A stretch of 64,000 nt of DNA from an uncultured Pirellulaceae bacterium. GTDB taxonomy: Bacteria > Planctomycetota > Planctomycetia > Pirellulales > Pirellulaceae. Positions 1 to 9,900 of the stretch are shown piece after piece. The stretch is from the NCBI GenBank assembly GCA_964503615.1, contig CAZDBA010000003.1:216-64215 (forward strand), written 5' to 3'. The translations under genes and the position numbers were made by a program. The notes under the pieces were generated by a model. That model did no database searches and was not told the DNA's origin. It worked only from the letters and a program-made list of their open reading frames with translations. How positions within the stretch are numbered: position 1 is the first letter of the stretch; every line of letters begins with the position of its first letter.

Positions 1-240
1 TACCTTGAATCACCGCGGCAAAGCGATCTGCGGAATTCTCACACAAACCACAACTCTGAAAAACGCGCCGGCAATTGGTTCTCAACGTACACGGAAATGG
101 GCGATCCGGCCGAGTGGGATTGGGCGGTCGTGAATTCGTTTTCACGTAAACTCAATCGCTTTATTCGTAAATGTGGCGTTCACAAAATCGGCTCGCGGGA
201 GGTTCTGCCTTGTGCGTCTGAGTTTATGGAACTGAGTTAA
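1..240 (+). CDS. 3-prime end of an unidentified protein-coding gene (partial, runs off the window start)
   Basis: Frame 1 is open from base 1 to TAA at 238-240 (79 codons ending ...SREVLPCASEFMELS*). No family recognised. Confidence 0.35.
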   Translation, partial: YLESPRQSDLRNSHTNHNSEKRAGNWFSTYTEMGDPAEWDWAVVNSFSRKLNRFIRKCGVHKIGSREVLPCASEFMELS

Positions 241-248
241 CTGCTGTA

Positions 249-272
249 GGAATTCTGGCGAATCCCACTACG
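249..272 (+). repeat. 24-nt interspersed repeat, copy A (GGAATTCTGGCGAATCCCACTACG)
   Basis: Identical 24-mer recurs at 13685-13708 on the same strand. Both copies are intergenic. Confidence 0.8.
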
Positions 273-537
273 CCTAGAATACTGCTCACCTTCTCTCAGG
301 AAGAGGATTTGTCCACGTTTCGAATTAAATGCAAAGGGAACAGTCTCCGTGTTTCCAAAAATCCAGAGGCAGAAAACACCAACTAAAACCAAGGGTTATT
401 CGATTCGGTGCTTCGTTTCCACTAGAAAACACTGAAAAACGGAGGGAAATTACCGCAAATCTTTGACATCGTGGCTTCGGTGACTACTTTTTAATCTTGC
501 GAACCTTTAACATTTTACTGAACAACAACTGAATCGT

Positions 538-600
538 TTTCTGCACAATCTCGGCCTCGGGCTGTAATTTAAAGACCCACTTCGATGCCCTGTGCAGAAA
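538..600 (+). promoter_or_regulatory. 10-bp perfect inverted repeat (TTTCTGCACA ... TGTGCAGAAA) in the leader of the 692 gene
   Basis: Arms at 538-547 and 591-600 are exact reverse complements with a 43-nt spacer. The element lies about 90 nt upstream of the ATG at 692. Confidence 0.3.
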
Positions 601-691
601 GCTGAAATCATGAAAATTTCCTATTCAAAACTGTTCTTTGATTGGCAAAATTTTATAAACCCACCTATTTGATTTTCTGGAGACATCGATA

Positions 692-1324
692 ATGAGAATG
701 CCTTTATTTTTAGCTCTGCTTTGCGGTTTGATCGCAACGCCTGCTTTCGCACAGTACCAACTTATGCCCGGGTATAACACGGGTACGTTTCAGCCAACTA
801 TGGCTCAGTCACAATACGCAAACCAAGCACCTGTTCAGCAGTACATGCAGTATGCTGTGCCTGCCCAGTCGGCACCAGTTGCACCAGCGCCGATGGTCAG
901 TGGCGTTGGCGATCCCATGATGAGCGGTGGTCAGCAATATCAATGGCAGTTGGTCCCTGTCGGTCCGGCTCAAGCTTTCGCTCAACCCGCGTTTGCAGCA
1001 CCTGTACAAGAAGCGTTGCCAGCAACACCAATTGTCGAAGCAGCTCCCGTCGTTGAAGCAGCTCCCGTCGTTGAAGCGGCACCTGCCGTGGCTGCTCCTA
1101 TTGTCGAAGCGGCTCCTGTCTTCGCGGCACCTGCACCCGCACCCCAAGTGGTTTTCGTGCAAGCTCCCGCACCAGCACCGATCCCTGCTCCAGCACCACA
1201 AATCGTGTTTGTGCCAACTCCGGCGCCTCCTGTGCCTGCTCCGATGTTCATTCCACCACCTGAGCCGATGATCATCTTCGCGCCTGCACCGCGACGCAAA
1301 GGTTGCTGCCTGTTTGGTCGCTAG
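692..1324 (+). CDS. secreted Pro/Ala-rich low-complexity repeat protein (hypothetical)
   Basis: N-terminal signal-like MRMPLFLALLCGLIATPAFAQ. Long AP/VEAAPV repeats, C-terminal KGCCLFGR. Strong terminator follows. Confidence 0.6.
   Translation: MRMPLFLALLCGLIATPAFAQYQLMPGYNTGTFQPTMAQSQYANQAPVQQYMQYAVPAQSAPVAPAPMVSGVGDPMMSGGQQYQWQLVPVGPAQAFAQPAFAAPVQEALPATPIVEAAPVVEAAPVVEAAPAVAAPIVEAAPVFAAPAPAPQVVFVQAPAPAPIPAPAPQIVFVPTPAPPVPAPMFIPPPEPMIIFAPAPRRKGCCLFGR
1034..1087 (+). repeat. three tandem 18-nt units (GTYGAAGCNGCNCCNGYC) encoding VEAAPV
   Basis: Read directly: gtcgaagcagctcccgtc / gttgaagcagctcccgtc / gttgaagcggcacctgcc. Confidence 0.8.
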
Positions 1325-1350
1325 AACTGATTAGAAATCCAATCCCTCGA

Positions 1351-1389
1351 TACAGGAGAGTCAAGCTGTTGGCTCTCCTGTACTTTTTT
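1351..1389 (+). terminator. rho-independent terminator
   Basis: 10-bp perfect stem TACAGGAGAG (1351-1360) / CTCTCCTGTA (1373-1382), 12-nt loop, then CTTTTTT. Confidence 0.8.
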
Positions 1390-1443
1390 CTTGGGCGATT
1401 GAAAGGTAGATCGCAACAGCCAAGTTAAAAAAATCTCAGCCTA

Positions 1444-1767
1444 CTAAAAGATTCCCAGCTGATCGCGGGCATCGTCGGTCATCATGTCTTGTGTCCAAGG
1501 CGGATCCATGACAACTTTGACATCAACCGCTTCAACGCCTTCCATTTCACCCGCGTACTTTTTCGTCTCGGAAACGAGCTGTGGCCCGGCTGGGCACATG
1601 GGGCTGGTCATCGTCATTTCGATGTTGATGTCGTATTTTCCATCTTGGCCCTCTTTGGGCACAACATCGACCACGTAAATCAATCCAAGATCGACAATGT
1701 TGACGAACAGTTCTGGATCAATAACTTTTTTGAGAGCTTCACGCACTTGTTCTTCGTGCAACGACAT
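1444..1767 (-). CDS. sufT: Fe-S cluster assembly protein, SufT / DUF59 family
   Basis: MSLHEEQVREALKKVIDPELFVNIVDLGLIY...TMTSPMCPAG is the typical DUF59/SufT signature. I chose the ATG at 1767 over the longer ORF start at 1860, which would overlap the Rieske gene. Confidence 0.8.
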   Translation of the reverse strand: MSLHEEQVREALKKVIDPELFVNIVDLGLIYVVDVVPKEGQDGKYDINIEMTMTSPMCPAGPQLVSETKKYAGEMEGVEAVDVKVVMDPPWTQDMMTDDARDQLGIF

Positions 1768-1838
1768 TTGTTTTTCCTGTAATTGGTTGGACAAGCTCAA
1801 TTGTAACTGAAATTGAGCCAAAGCAAGCCTGAATTGGC

Positions 1839-2159
1839 TCATTCGCTTCCGGACAAGCACACCAAGATATCGTCACCCTCGATTTTCACCTGATGGGAAC
1901 CGGTATCCTGAGTCGCGGGCATACACATCGCCTTGCCACAACGTATGTCGAATTTGGCACCATGACGTGGACAAGCGATCTCAAAGCCCTCGTGTTCCCC
2001 GTCACTCAACGTACCTCCATCGTGTGTACACACATCGTCGATACAAAAGTACTCATTGCCAACTTGGAAAACGAGCACCAACTGCTCATCGACTTCGACT
2101 AACAGTTTCTGGCCATCGGAAATTTCGCTCGTTGAGCAGGCTTTATGGAAATTAGGCAT
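1839..2159 (-). CDS. Rieske [2Fe-2S] ferredoxin-like protein
   Basis: Both Rieske boxes are present: CTHDG and CPRHGAKF. Size about 106 aa. Confidence 0.8.
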   Translation of the reverse strand: MPNFHKACSTSEISDGQKLLVEVDEQLVLVFQVGNEYFCIDDVCTHDGGTLSDGEHEGFEIACPRHGAKFDIRCGKAMCMPATQDTGSHQVKIEGDDILVCLSGSE

Positions 2160-2353
2160 ACGAGATTGTGTTTGGGTCCAAATTTATATCTATTGGAATT
2201 GAGAGTGAGGATTATACGATCTTCGCACAAAATAGAATAGGCAGCGTGAGCCAGCTTTATTGACTTGCCAGAGTGAGCTCTCTGAGGCACAAAGACGGAT
2301 AGGATAAGAGCGCAACCTACGAAGCGTGACAACTGTTACATTTTTAAACGAAA

Positions 2354-4582
2354 ATGACAGGCGAAAATTTCTCACAAGATGATCCTACACTCCCTCATGG
2401 TTTTAATCCGGACGATGGGTGGGACATTCTTGCGGAAGTACTCGATCGTTTTTGCGAAGCTTGGGACGAATCTCCGCCTTGCCCTATCATTAAAGATTTC
2501 GCTGGTCCACTGTTGGCAATTAGCGATGCCGATTTTCGGAATTTGGCGCTAATCGAAACGATCAAAGTCGACTTGGAATATCGTGCTGGCGACGATTTCC
2601 CTTGGAAGCCGTTGGAGAGCTACCTGTCCGATTGGCCTCAATTGCTTTCATCGGATGGTCGACCGCCAGATGAATTGGTGCTTGAGGAGTTTCAGCATCT
2701 CAAGAAAAAAGACAGCTCGGCCAAGCTTGAACAATACCAGCAACGTTTTCAATGCGACTTGAGAACATTGTTACGAATGTCTGATTCGGAAACAGGTCCA
2801 CGAACAACTTCGCTGTTTCGTACGAGACAAGTCCAGGAGTTTCAGCCCGGCCAGACGATTGACGATTTTGATTTGTTGTCCAAACTGGGCAAAGGCGCAT
2901 TTGCTTCGGTGTTTCTTGCGAGGCAGAATTCGATGCAACGCTTGGTCGCCCTCAAGATTTCTGCCAACATGGGCGTCGAAGGGCAAACACTGGCTCAATT
3001 GGATCATCCGCACATCGTAAGGGTTTACGATCAGCGTCCGCTGCCAGAGTTGGATTTGCGCTTAATGTATATGCAATACATCGCTGGCACTTCCCTGAGT
3101 GACTTGATCAAAACGGCTCGACAATCGAACACCGAGTTAAACTCGGCCAGCTTTTTGCAACTGATTGACGAGTCATTGGTGCGAGCTGGGCAGTCGGCTC
3201 CGATCGAATCAGCAAACCGACAGTGGATTGAAAAAGCGAGTTGGTCGCAGATGGTCAGTCGGATTGGGGCACAACTGGCAAGTGCGTTCGACTATGCGCA
3301 TGCTCGTGAAGTTCTTCATCGCGATCTGAAACCAGCAAACGTTTTAGTCGACGAACATGGCTATCCGAAACTGGTCGATTTCAACGTTAGTTTTAGCAGC
3401 AACGTATCGGGAGCGACCGCAGCAACGTTCTTCGGGGGCAGCCTCGCGTATATGTCACCTGAGCAGTTGCGTGCAATGGACGTACAAGACTCGATGGAGG
3501 CGGACCAACTGTGTGGCAAGAGCGACCTGTATTCCCTTGGTATATTGCTCTACGAACTGTTGATTGGGCAGCGCCCTTTTGATGAATCGCAGCTTGATTT
3601 CGCAGATCTAATTAGTGGTTCAACCACCCAGCGGATGCAGGGCTTGACCGTTGAAATGAAAAAGCCTCTGGAACAACATGGCTATTTGCTAGGCCAAGCG
3701 ATCAGGCGATCGCTTGCGCCTCAACCGGATGATCGGTTAGCTGCCGAAGCGATTCAGCGACAATTGGAATGGGCTTCTGATTCTGGAATCGAGTCGTATT
3801 TGTGCCCGCCAAAATCGCGATGGATAGCCTGGGCAGCGCGAGCGCCATTCTTTTTCAACTCGGTGATTGGATTGTCGATCGCTTTGTTCGCGACTTGGTT
3901 CATTTCGACCTACAACGTTTCTGCTAGTCTGCCTGAGTCTGTGCTGCCAGTTTTTGAACGGTTTCGAAACACGGTCAATGCAATCGTTTTTCCGGGTTGC
4001 TTTCTGTTCATGCTGACTTTGTATGGCCCGATGAATCGAGTTCTACTGAATTGGCAACAAAAGCATTCTGTAGACCAGCTGGAGCTAAGTTTAAAACGCA
4101 GCTTGAATCTAGGGCACTTCACAGCACTGATTTTTGCTGGGGCTTGGACCGTTGCTGGTGTAATCTATCCAGTCGGCCTGAAGTTGATGGGTTCGGAGTT
4201 GCCATCGATGACTTGGTATGATTTTATTGGTTCCCACTTTCTGGCGGGCCTGATCACGGCGGCTTACGTTTACTGCACGACCACTCATATCAGCATGATA
4301 GCGTGGTACCCTCGGCTGGTTTTGGCCTCTTTGCAAAACAACCACACTCCAAAAACAAACTCACACACAGGATTACTGCTAAAGCGCTGCTGGTTCTATC
4401 AGGTACTTGCGATTGCGACTCCAATGTTGGCAGTTGCAATCCTGGTAAACTGGCGACAAACGACCGATTCGTTTTCATTGGGTGTTTTGAGTTTGTCTGC
4501 TCTGGCTGGAATGGCCTTGGTAGGCTGGAACTCCCGCAGAATCCATGAAGCGATTGAAATCATGGAAAAGATGGAACAATAA
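2354..4582 (+). CDS. Hanks-type Ser/Thr protein kinase with a C-terminal polytopic membrane domain
   Basis: GKGAFASVFLA...VALKI (ATP site), HRDLKPANVLV catalytic loop, DFN in place of DFG, YMSPEQ. About 6 hydrophobic helices in the last 270 aa. Confidence 0.85.
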   Translation: MTGENFSQDDPTLPHGFNPDDGWDILAEVLDRFCEAWDESPPCPIIKDFAGPLLAISDADFRNLALIETIKVDLEYRAGDDFPWKPLESYLSDWPQLLSSDGRPPDELVLEEFQHLKKKDSSAKLEQYQQRFQCDLRTLLRMSDSETGPRTTSLFRTRQVQEFQPGQTIDDFDLLSKLGKGAFASVFLARQNSMQRLVALKISANMGVEGQTLAQLDHPHIVRVYDQRPLPELDLRLMYMQYIAGTSLSDLIKTARQSNTELNSASFLQLIDESLVRAGQSAPIESANRQWIEKASWSQMVSRIGAQLASAFDYAHAREVLHRDLKPANVLVDEHGYPKLVDFNVSFSSNVSGATAATFFGGSLAYMSPEQLRAMDVQDSMEADQLCGKSDLYSLGILLYELLIGQRPFDESQLDFADLISGSTTQRMQGLTVEMKKPLEQHGYLLGQAIRRSLAPQPDDRLAAEAIQRQLEWASDSGIESYLCPPKSRWIAWAARAPFFFNSVIGLSIALFATWFISTYNVSASLPESVLPVFERFRNTVNAIVFPGCFLFMLTLYGPMNRVLLNWQQKHSVDQLELSLKRSLNLGHFTALIFAGAWTVAGVIYPVGLKLMGSELPSMTWYDFIGSHFLAGLITAAYVYCTTTHISMIAWYPRLVLASLQNNHTPKTNSHTGLLLKRCWFYQVLAIATPMLAVAILVNWRQTTDSFSLGVLSLSALAGMALVGWNSRRIHEAIEIMEKMEQ

Positions 4583-4714
4583 GGTAGCCGAGCTGCCTAG
4601 GGCCGGAGAGAACGACACCGACCTGAAAAACTCCCCCATGGACGCCACGGGCCGGGGCCATGCTCCTCGCTTTACTTTTTGCGGATGCTCATTAACAATG
4701 ACAGTTCTTTGCAG

Positions 4715-5101
4715 ATGGCAATTAGCAGGAAACAAAACGTGGCTTTGATTATTACAGACGAACAAGATGGCGTGTTGATCGCTCATTTCCAAGGTGGGCG
4801 AATTATTGACGAATCGCACATCGAGACAATTGGCAAAGAGCTGAATGAATTGCTGAATCACGAAAAGAAGAAGATCATTCTGAACTTTCAAAACATAAAT
4901 TTCATGTCATCGGCCATGATTGGAAAGCTCATTCAGTTTGGCAAAAAGTGTAGTAACACTGCCGTTGAACTACGACTTTGTGAGATCAATGAGAATATCC
5001 AGGAAGTTTTCGACCTGATGAAGCTGGGCTCGATTTTCAAAATCGAAAAGGACGAAGAAGCAGCCTGCAAAAGTTTAACCAAGAAAAGCTGGTTCAAGTA
5101 A
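4715..5101 (+). CDS. STAS-domain protein (anti-sigma-factor antagonist family)
   Basis: ILNFQNINFMSSAMIGKLIQF...LRLCEINENIQEVFDLMKL resembles SpoIIAA/RsbV-type STAS. ATG at 4715 chosen. Confidence 0.7.
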   Translation: MAISRKQNVALIITDEQDGVLIAHFQGGRIIDESHIETIGKELNELLNHEKKKIILNFQNINFMSSAMIGKLIQFGKKCSNTAVELRLCEINENIQEVFDLMKLGSIFKIEKDEEAACKSLTKKSWFK

Positions 5102-5611
5102 AGTTCCCTTCGCGATCAGATTCCAGACGCTTGTAAGCGACTCAACGCTGCGCCCGTTTCTCAAGGCAACGGAAGCTACGGTTAGTCATGTCGCTAACCG
5201 ACTGCCGAACAATCTCCTTAACGAGCGCGTATATGAACAACACGCCCCGCTTTTGCTGGTGGCTGGCACAGGTACGTTCAGCGAAACCGTTGCAATCGTA
5301 TTGGTATGCCCAAGGATTTTCCTACTAAGCCAGTTAAGTCGCCACTCTTTCACGCGTTTATGACGATTGGTGAAAAGCAGGCTTGTGAAAATGCTTACAT
5401 CAAAACTACTACATGAGATTCTTATTCAAGACTAAGACCGCCAGTGGTGATTCGAAAATCGCCCCAAGGATATTGTCGACCGCGTTGTTTTCAGGTTGTG
5501 GCCAATGACCTACAGCGGGTATTCCATTATGTGCAACAACGTAACAATTAGTTCAGAGAATAGCGATCCACGACGAAGTTTTCGAACAAGTACATCAAGA
5601 GATATTTAGCG

Positions 5612-6949
5612 ATGGACGCTCGAAACAATAACTCGTCATCTGTTAGGGCAAAGAAAATTGCGCAACGGACTACGGTGCTCGTTTTGCTTGTTGCGCTCGC
5701 GGTCGTTGCGTGGATCTTTCTACCGCGCATGTTTTCCAACGATGGGCCAGGGCTAGCCGACTCGCAAAGTCGACCGCAGACAGTTTTTGTCGACTTGTTG
5801 ACGCTTGAGGAACAACAAGTTTCTATCCCTATCCGGTATTCGGGCGAGATTCGCGCCAAGCGCAAAACCGACATTGGATTTCCGCGCGGCGGAAAAATTG
5901 AAAAGATATTTTTCGACGAAGGGGAATTTGTCAAACCGACACAGAAGATCGCAGAATTGGACAATCGACAACCGACCGCCCGACTCAAACAGCTGAAAGC
6001 GGAAGTGATGATGGTAACCGCACTGCGAGACGAGATGTTGCAGGGACCTCGCACAGAGATGATCCAAGCCGCGCGGGCTAACGTCGAAGATCTCGAGCAC
6101 CAATTGGAAAACGCGGTACTTGATTTCGAGCGATCGGTTCGCCTGTTGGAAAAGCGTGGAATCTCACAACAGGAGCACGACCAAGCCACCTATCTTGTCA
6201 GAACGATCCAAGCCAAGATCTCGGCAGCGCAGGCACAGTTCGAACAACTGAACACCGGAACGCGAGCCGAGCAGGTCGACGCATCCGAAGCGAGATTGAA
6301 CGCCGCGATCGCTGCGGTCGAATTAGCCCAATCAGATCTCGAAGACTGCACACTCAGGGCTCCTTACTCAGGCACGATCGAGCGCAGAATGTTGGATGAG
6401 GGCGCGGTCGTTAGTGCGGGCACACCCGTTTTGAGTTTGATTGAAAGCGACCAGCTTGAGTTCCATGTAGGCATACCTGTTAAATTGGCAAGTTCGATTT
6501 CTGACGGGGAAGCGATGTCCATCCTGGTTGGCGGCACGGAGACCAAGGCGACTTTGAAAAGCAAGCTCAAGTCGTTGGATCTAGCGACGCGTACTTTGAA
6601 AGTTGTGCTGTCCCTTGACCCCTCGGCAACCGATCTAGGAATTGTCGACGGGCAGATGGGGCAAATCGAGTTCCAACAAGCCTCGGAAACCAGGGGCTTC
6701 AAAATACCGGTTACTGCGATCGTCAATGACCAACAGGGACTTTGGAGTTGTTACACCGTCTCTAAAATTGATGGAAAGCAAATTGCCAAACGGCAGGCGA
6801 TCGAGGTCCTTTATTTTCAAGGAGATTGGGTCTTTGTCCGTGGCACGATTTCCGAAGGGCAAACGATTGTCACCAGTGGTCTACAACGTTTAAGTAACGG
6901 CCAAGTCGTCAAAAGCACCAGGAGCGAGTCGAAAGACGAGGGCGGTTAG
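5612..6949 (+). CDS. efflux RND transporter periplasmic adaptor (membrane fusion protein, HlyD family)
   Basis: N-terminal TM, coiled-coil middle (QAKISAAQAQFEQL...), beta-barrel C-terminus. Stop overlaps the RND permease start (TAGTG). Confidence 0.8.
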   Translation: MDARNNNSSSVRAKKIAQRTTVLVLLVALAVVAWIFLPRMFSNDGPGLADSQSRPQTVFVDLLTLEEQQVSIPIRYSGEIRAKRKTDIGFPRGGKIEKIFFDEGEFVKPTQKIAELDNRQPTARLKQLKAEVMMVTALRDEMLQGPRTEMIQAARANVEDLEHQLENAVLDFERSVRLLEKRGISQQEHDQATYLVRTIQAKISAAQAQFEQLNTGTRAEQVDASEARLNAAIAAVELAQSDLEDCTLRAPYSGTIERRMLDEGAVVSAGTPVLSLIESDQLEFHVGIPVKLASSISDGEAMSILVGGTETKATLKSKLKSLDLATRTLKVVLSLDPSATDLGIVDGQMGQIEFQQASETRGFKIPVTAIVNDQQGLWSCYTVSKIDGKQIAKRQAIEVLYFQGDWVFVRGTISEGQTIVTSGLQRLSNGQVVKSTRSESKDEGG

Positions 6950-9900
6950 TGGACAATCTGTTCTACAAAAATCGGCGCCTTCTGGTACTTGTGATCGGCC
7001 TGGTCGCGGTTTCCGGATTATCGTCCTACTTTGTTCTGCCTCGGCTGGAGGACCCCGAGTTGAGACAACGGGCTGCGATCGTGACCATTCAGTTCCCGGG
7101 CGCAAATGCAGAACGAGTCGAATCGTTGGTGACCGAACGAATCGAAAAAGCGCTGGAGGAGATTGACGAATTACGCCTGACTCGCTCCGCTTCGCGCAAT
7201 GAATTCTCGACGATCACGATGGAGTTGGCCGATTTCGTTTCGGATGATGTCGACGAAATCTGGTCACGGGTACGAGATAAAATTTCTGATGTTACGCCGT
7301 TGTTGCCGGAGGGCGCGACGACCCCACTTTTCAGGAATATGAAATTCAAAGCGTACGCGATGCTGGTTGGCGTCAAGTGGACTCACCCCTCAGAAACCAA
7401 CCATTTAATTTTGCGACGTACTGCCGAGCGGTTAGAAGACAAGCTGCGTCGGTTGTACGGAACAGAAGAAATCGACCTGTTCGGGGCACCTGAGGAAGAG
7501 ATCGCTATCGAGCTGGACCATCAGAAACTGGCAGCACTGGGGCTGACGCCGGCCGAGGTGGCTTTCGCAATCAGCGAATCGGATGCGAAAGTTTCTGCCG
7601 GAGGCTTACGATCCGATACAAACGAGATGGTTGTCGAAGTCGAAAGCGAGTTTGAATCGTTGGCTGCGATTCTGGAAACTCCCATTCGTACAACTGGTGG
7701 TACGATTCGCTTGAGTGATATCGGCACGATTTCCAAAGGGGTACGCTCACCACCGTTAACTCAGTCGCTTGTTAAAGGCCAGGATGCGATCGTGGTGGGG
7801 GCTTTCGTTCAATCCCATCATCGTATCGATCATTGGAATGACCGAGCACTTGTGGCGTTGGATGAATTCGAAGCGAGCTTGCCTGATGGTATTGTACTGG
7901 ACCGTATGTTCTTTCAAACCGATTATGTGCGAGCCCGTTTTTCGACTTTGCTGTCCAACCTCGGGTTAGGTGCGTTAGCAGTCACGCTTGTGATTTTGCT
8001 GATGATGGGATGGCGCAGTGCGGTGGTTGTCGGCTTGGCTTTGCCGTTCTCCGGTGCAATGGTGCTCGCAGGTTTGCGATATTTCGAAGTCCCTATGCAT
8101 CAGATGTCGGTCACCGGTTTGATCATTGCGTTGGGGTTGTTGATCGATAACGCGATCGTGATCGTTGACGAAGTTCGTAATCGACTGAAAGACGGCTTGC
8201 CCCCATCCAATGCAATCAGTGCCAGCGTGCGGCATTTGGCAATCCCACTATTTGGTTCGACGTTTACAACCGCGTTGGCGTTTGCGCCTTTGATTTTGAT
8301 GCCTGGCCCAGCTGGCGAGTTCGTTGGTGCGATCGGCTTAAGTGTTATTTTGGCGGTCGGTAGTTCGCTGTTCATTTCGCTCACGATCATCCCCTCGATC
8401 TACGGTTTGATCGAGCGAGTCGAATCGCTGCACGGTAGCGGAGCGTGGTGGCAACGAGGAATCGGTTCTGAGTTGTTGTTTACGGGCTATCGGAAAACTC
8501 TGAATTTCGTTTTTTCTTATCCATTAGTCGCAATTGGATTCGGACTCGCGTTACCCGTATTGGGCTTTTTTCAAATGTCGACTTTGCCGGAGCAGTTCTT
8601 TCCCGCATCCGATCGAGACCAGATCAAAATGTCGTTGGTGCTGCCTGCTCAAGCCTCAATTTCGCAAACCGCCACGGCTGCCCGGCGGGCTCGCGAGATC
8701 GCGATGGACTACCCGGAGGTCAAGCGAGTCGATTGGTTTATCGGTGAAACCGCACCCGCGTTCTACTACAACATGTTGCCGCTGCGGAACAACCAACCCA
8801 ATTACGCGCAGGCGTTTGTTCAGCTAAAAAGTGATCAAGGGGTCGACGAGGTAGTGAACAGGCTACAAGCCGATATCGAGAAAGAGGTAACGGCCGCGAC
8901 CGTGTTGGTACAAAAGCTGGAACAAGGTCCGCCAGTCGACGCGCCGATCTTACTGCGGATCTTTGGCGACGATCTCGTGACTTTACGAGAGATCGGTGAG
9001 GAGCTGCGCCTGATCATTTCTCAAATTGGCGGTGTCGTGGCCAACCAAAGCGAGTCCTCCAATGTAAACTCAAAATATCAGCTGGACGTCGATCAGGATT
9101 TGGCTCGCTTGGCCGGTTTGACCCACGAAGATATCGCGCGACAACTGAGTTCGGCACTGGACGGTACGATTGGTGGTTCGTTGTTGGAAAGCACCGAAGA
9201 ACTGCCTGTTCGTGTCAAGCTAAAACGTGAGCAACGTGTCGACCCGGAATACCTAAATTCGTTGGAGATGATTGTCAGGGGCCCAATGGGCGAAGTTAAT
9301 CGCGTGCCGGTTTCGTCGATCGGGCAGTGGAAGCTGGTTCCCAACGATGCGGTTATTGAGCGACTGAATGGGTTTCGATTCAATGAGATTCAGGTCAACG
9401 TGGAAGCGGGAATGTTACCGAGCGTTGTTGCTGAGAAGTTTCGTGAGCGACTAAAAGAATCAGACTTTGAATTACCGCAAGGGTACAAGATGAATCTGGC
9501 TGGTGAGTCGACTGAACGCGACCGCGCGGTGGGACATTTATTGGCGAGTGCCGGGGTGTTGGTCGTGTTGATGGCAGCCGGTTTGGTACTTTCGTTTCAG
9601 TCGTTTCGTATTGCGGCTCAGATTGTTGCCGTGGCTGTTCTTTCCGTTGGCATTGGGTTCTTTGCACTCTGGTTTTTTGGCAAGCCATTTGGCTTTACTG
9701 CCATCATTGGAATTATGGGACTGGTCGGCGTGGCGATTAACGATTCGATCGTGGTCCTCGCTGCGTTACAGGAAAATGAGAAAGCAAAACGAGGCGAAGT
9801 CGAAGCTGTTTCGCAAGTCGTTTTTCATTCAACGCGCCATGTGCTGTCAACGACTTTGACGACGATCGCCGGTTTCGTACCACTAATTTTAAGTGGCGGC

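Noticed and set aside
982-1299. Gly/Ala-rich 105-aa minus-strand ORF and two other ORFs overlapping the Pro/Ala-rich gene
   Set aside because: They are reverse-complement artefacts of GCN/CCN repeats. Only the plus-strand ORF has a signal peptide, a start context and a terminator.
5548-6189. 213-aa ORF antisense to the start of the RND adaptor gene
   Set aside because: It overlaps a well-supported HlyD-family gene on the opposite strand. Composition is Ser/Arg/Cys-rich with no motifs, typical of a shadow ORF.
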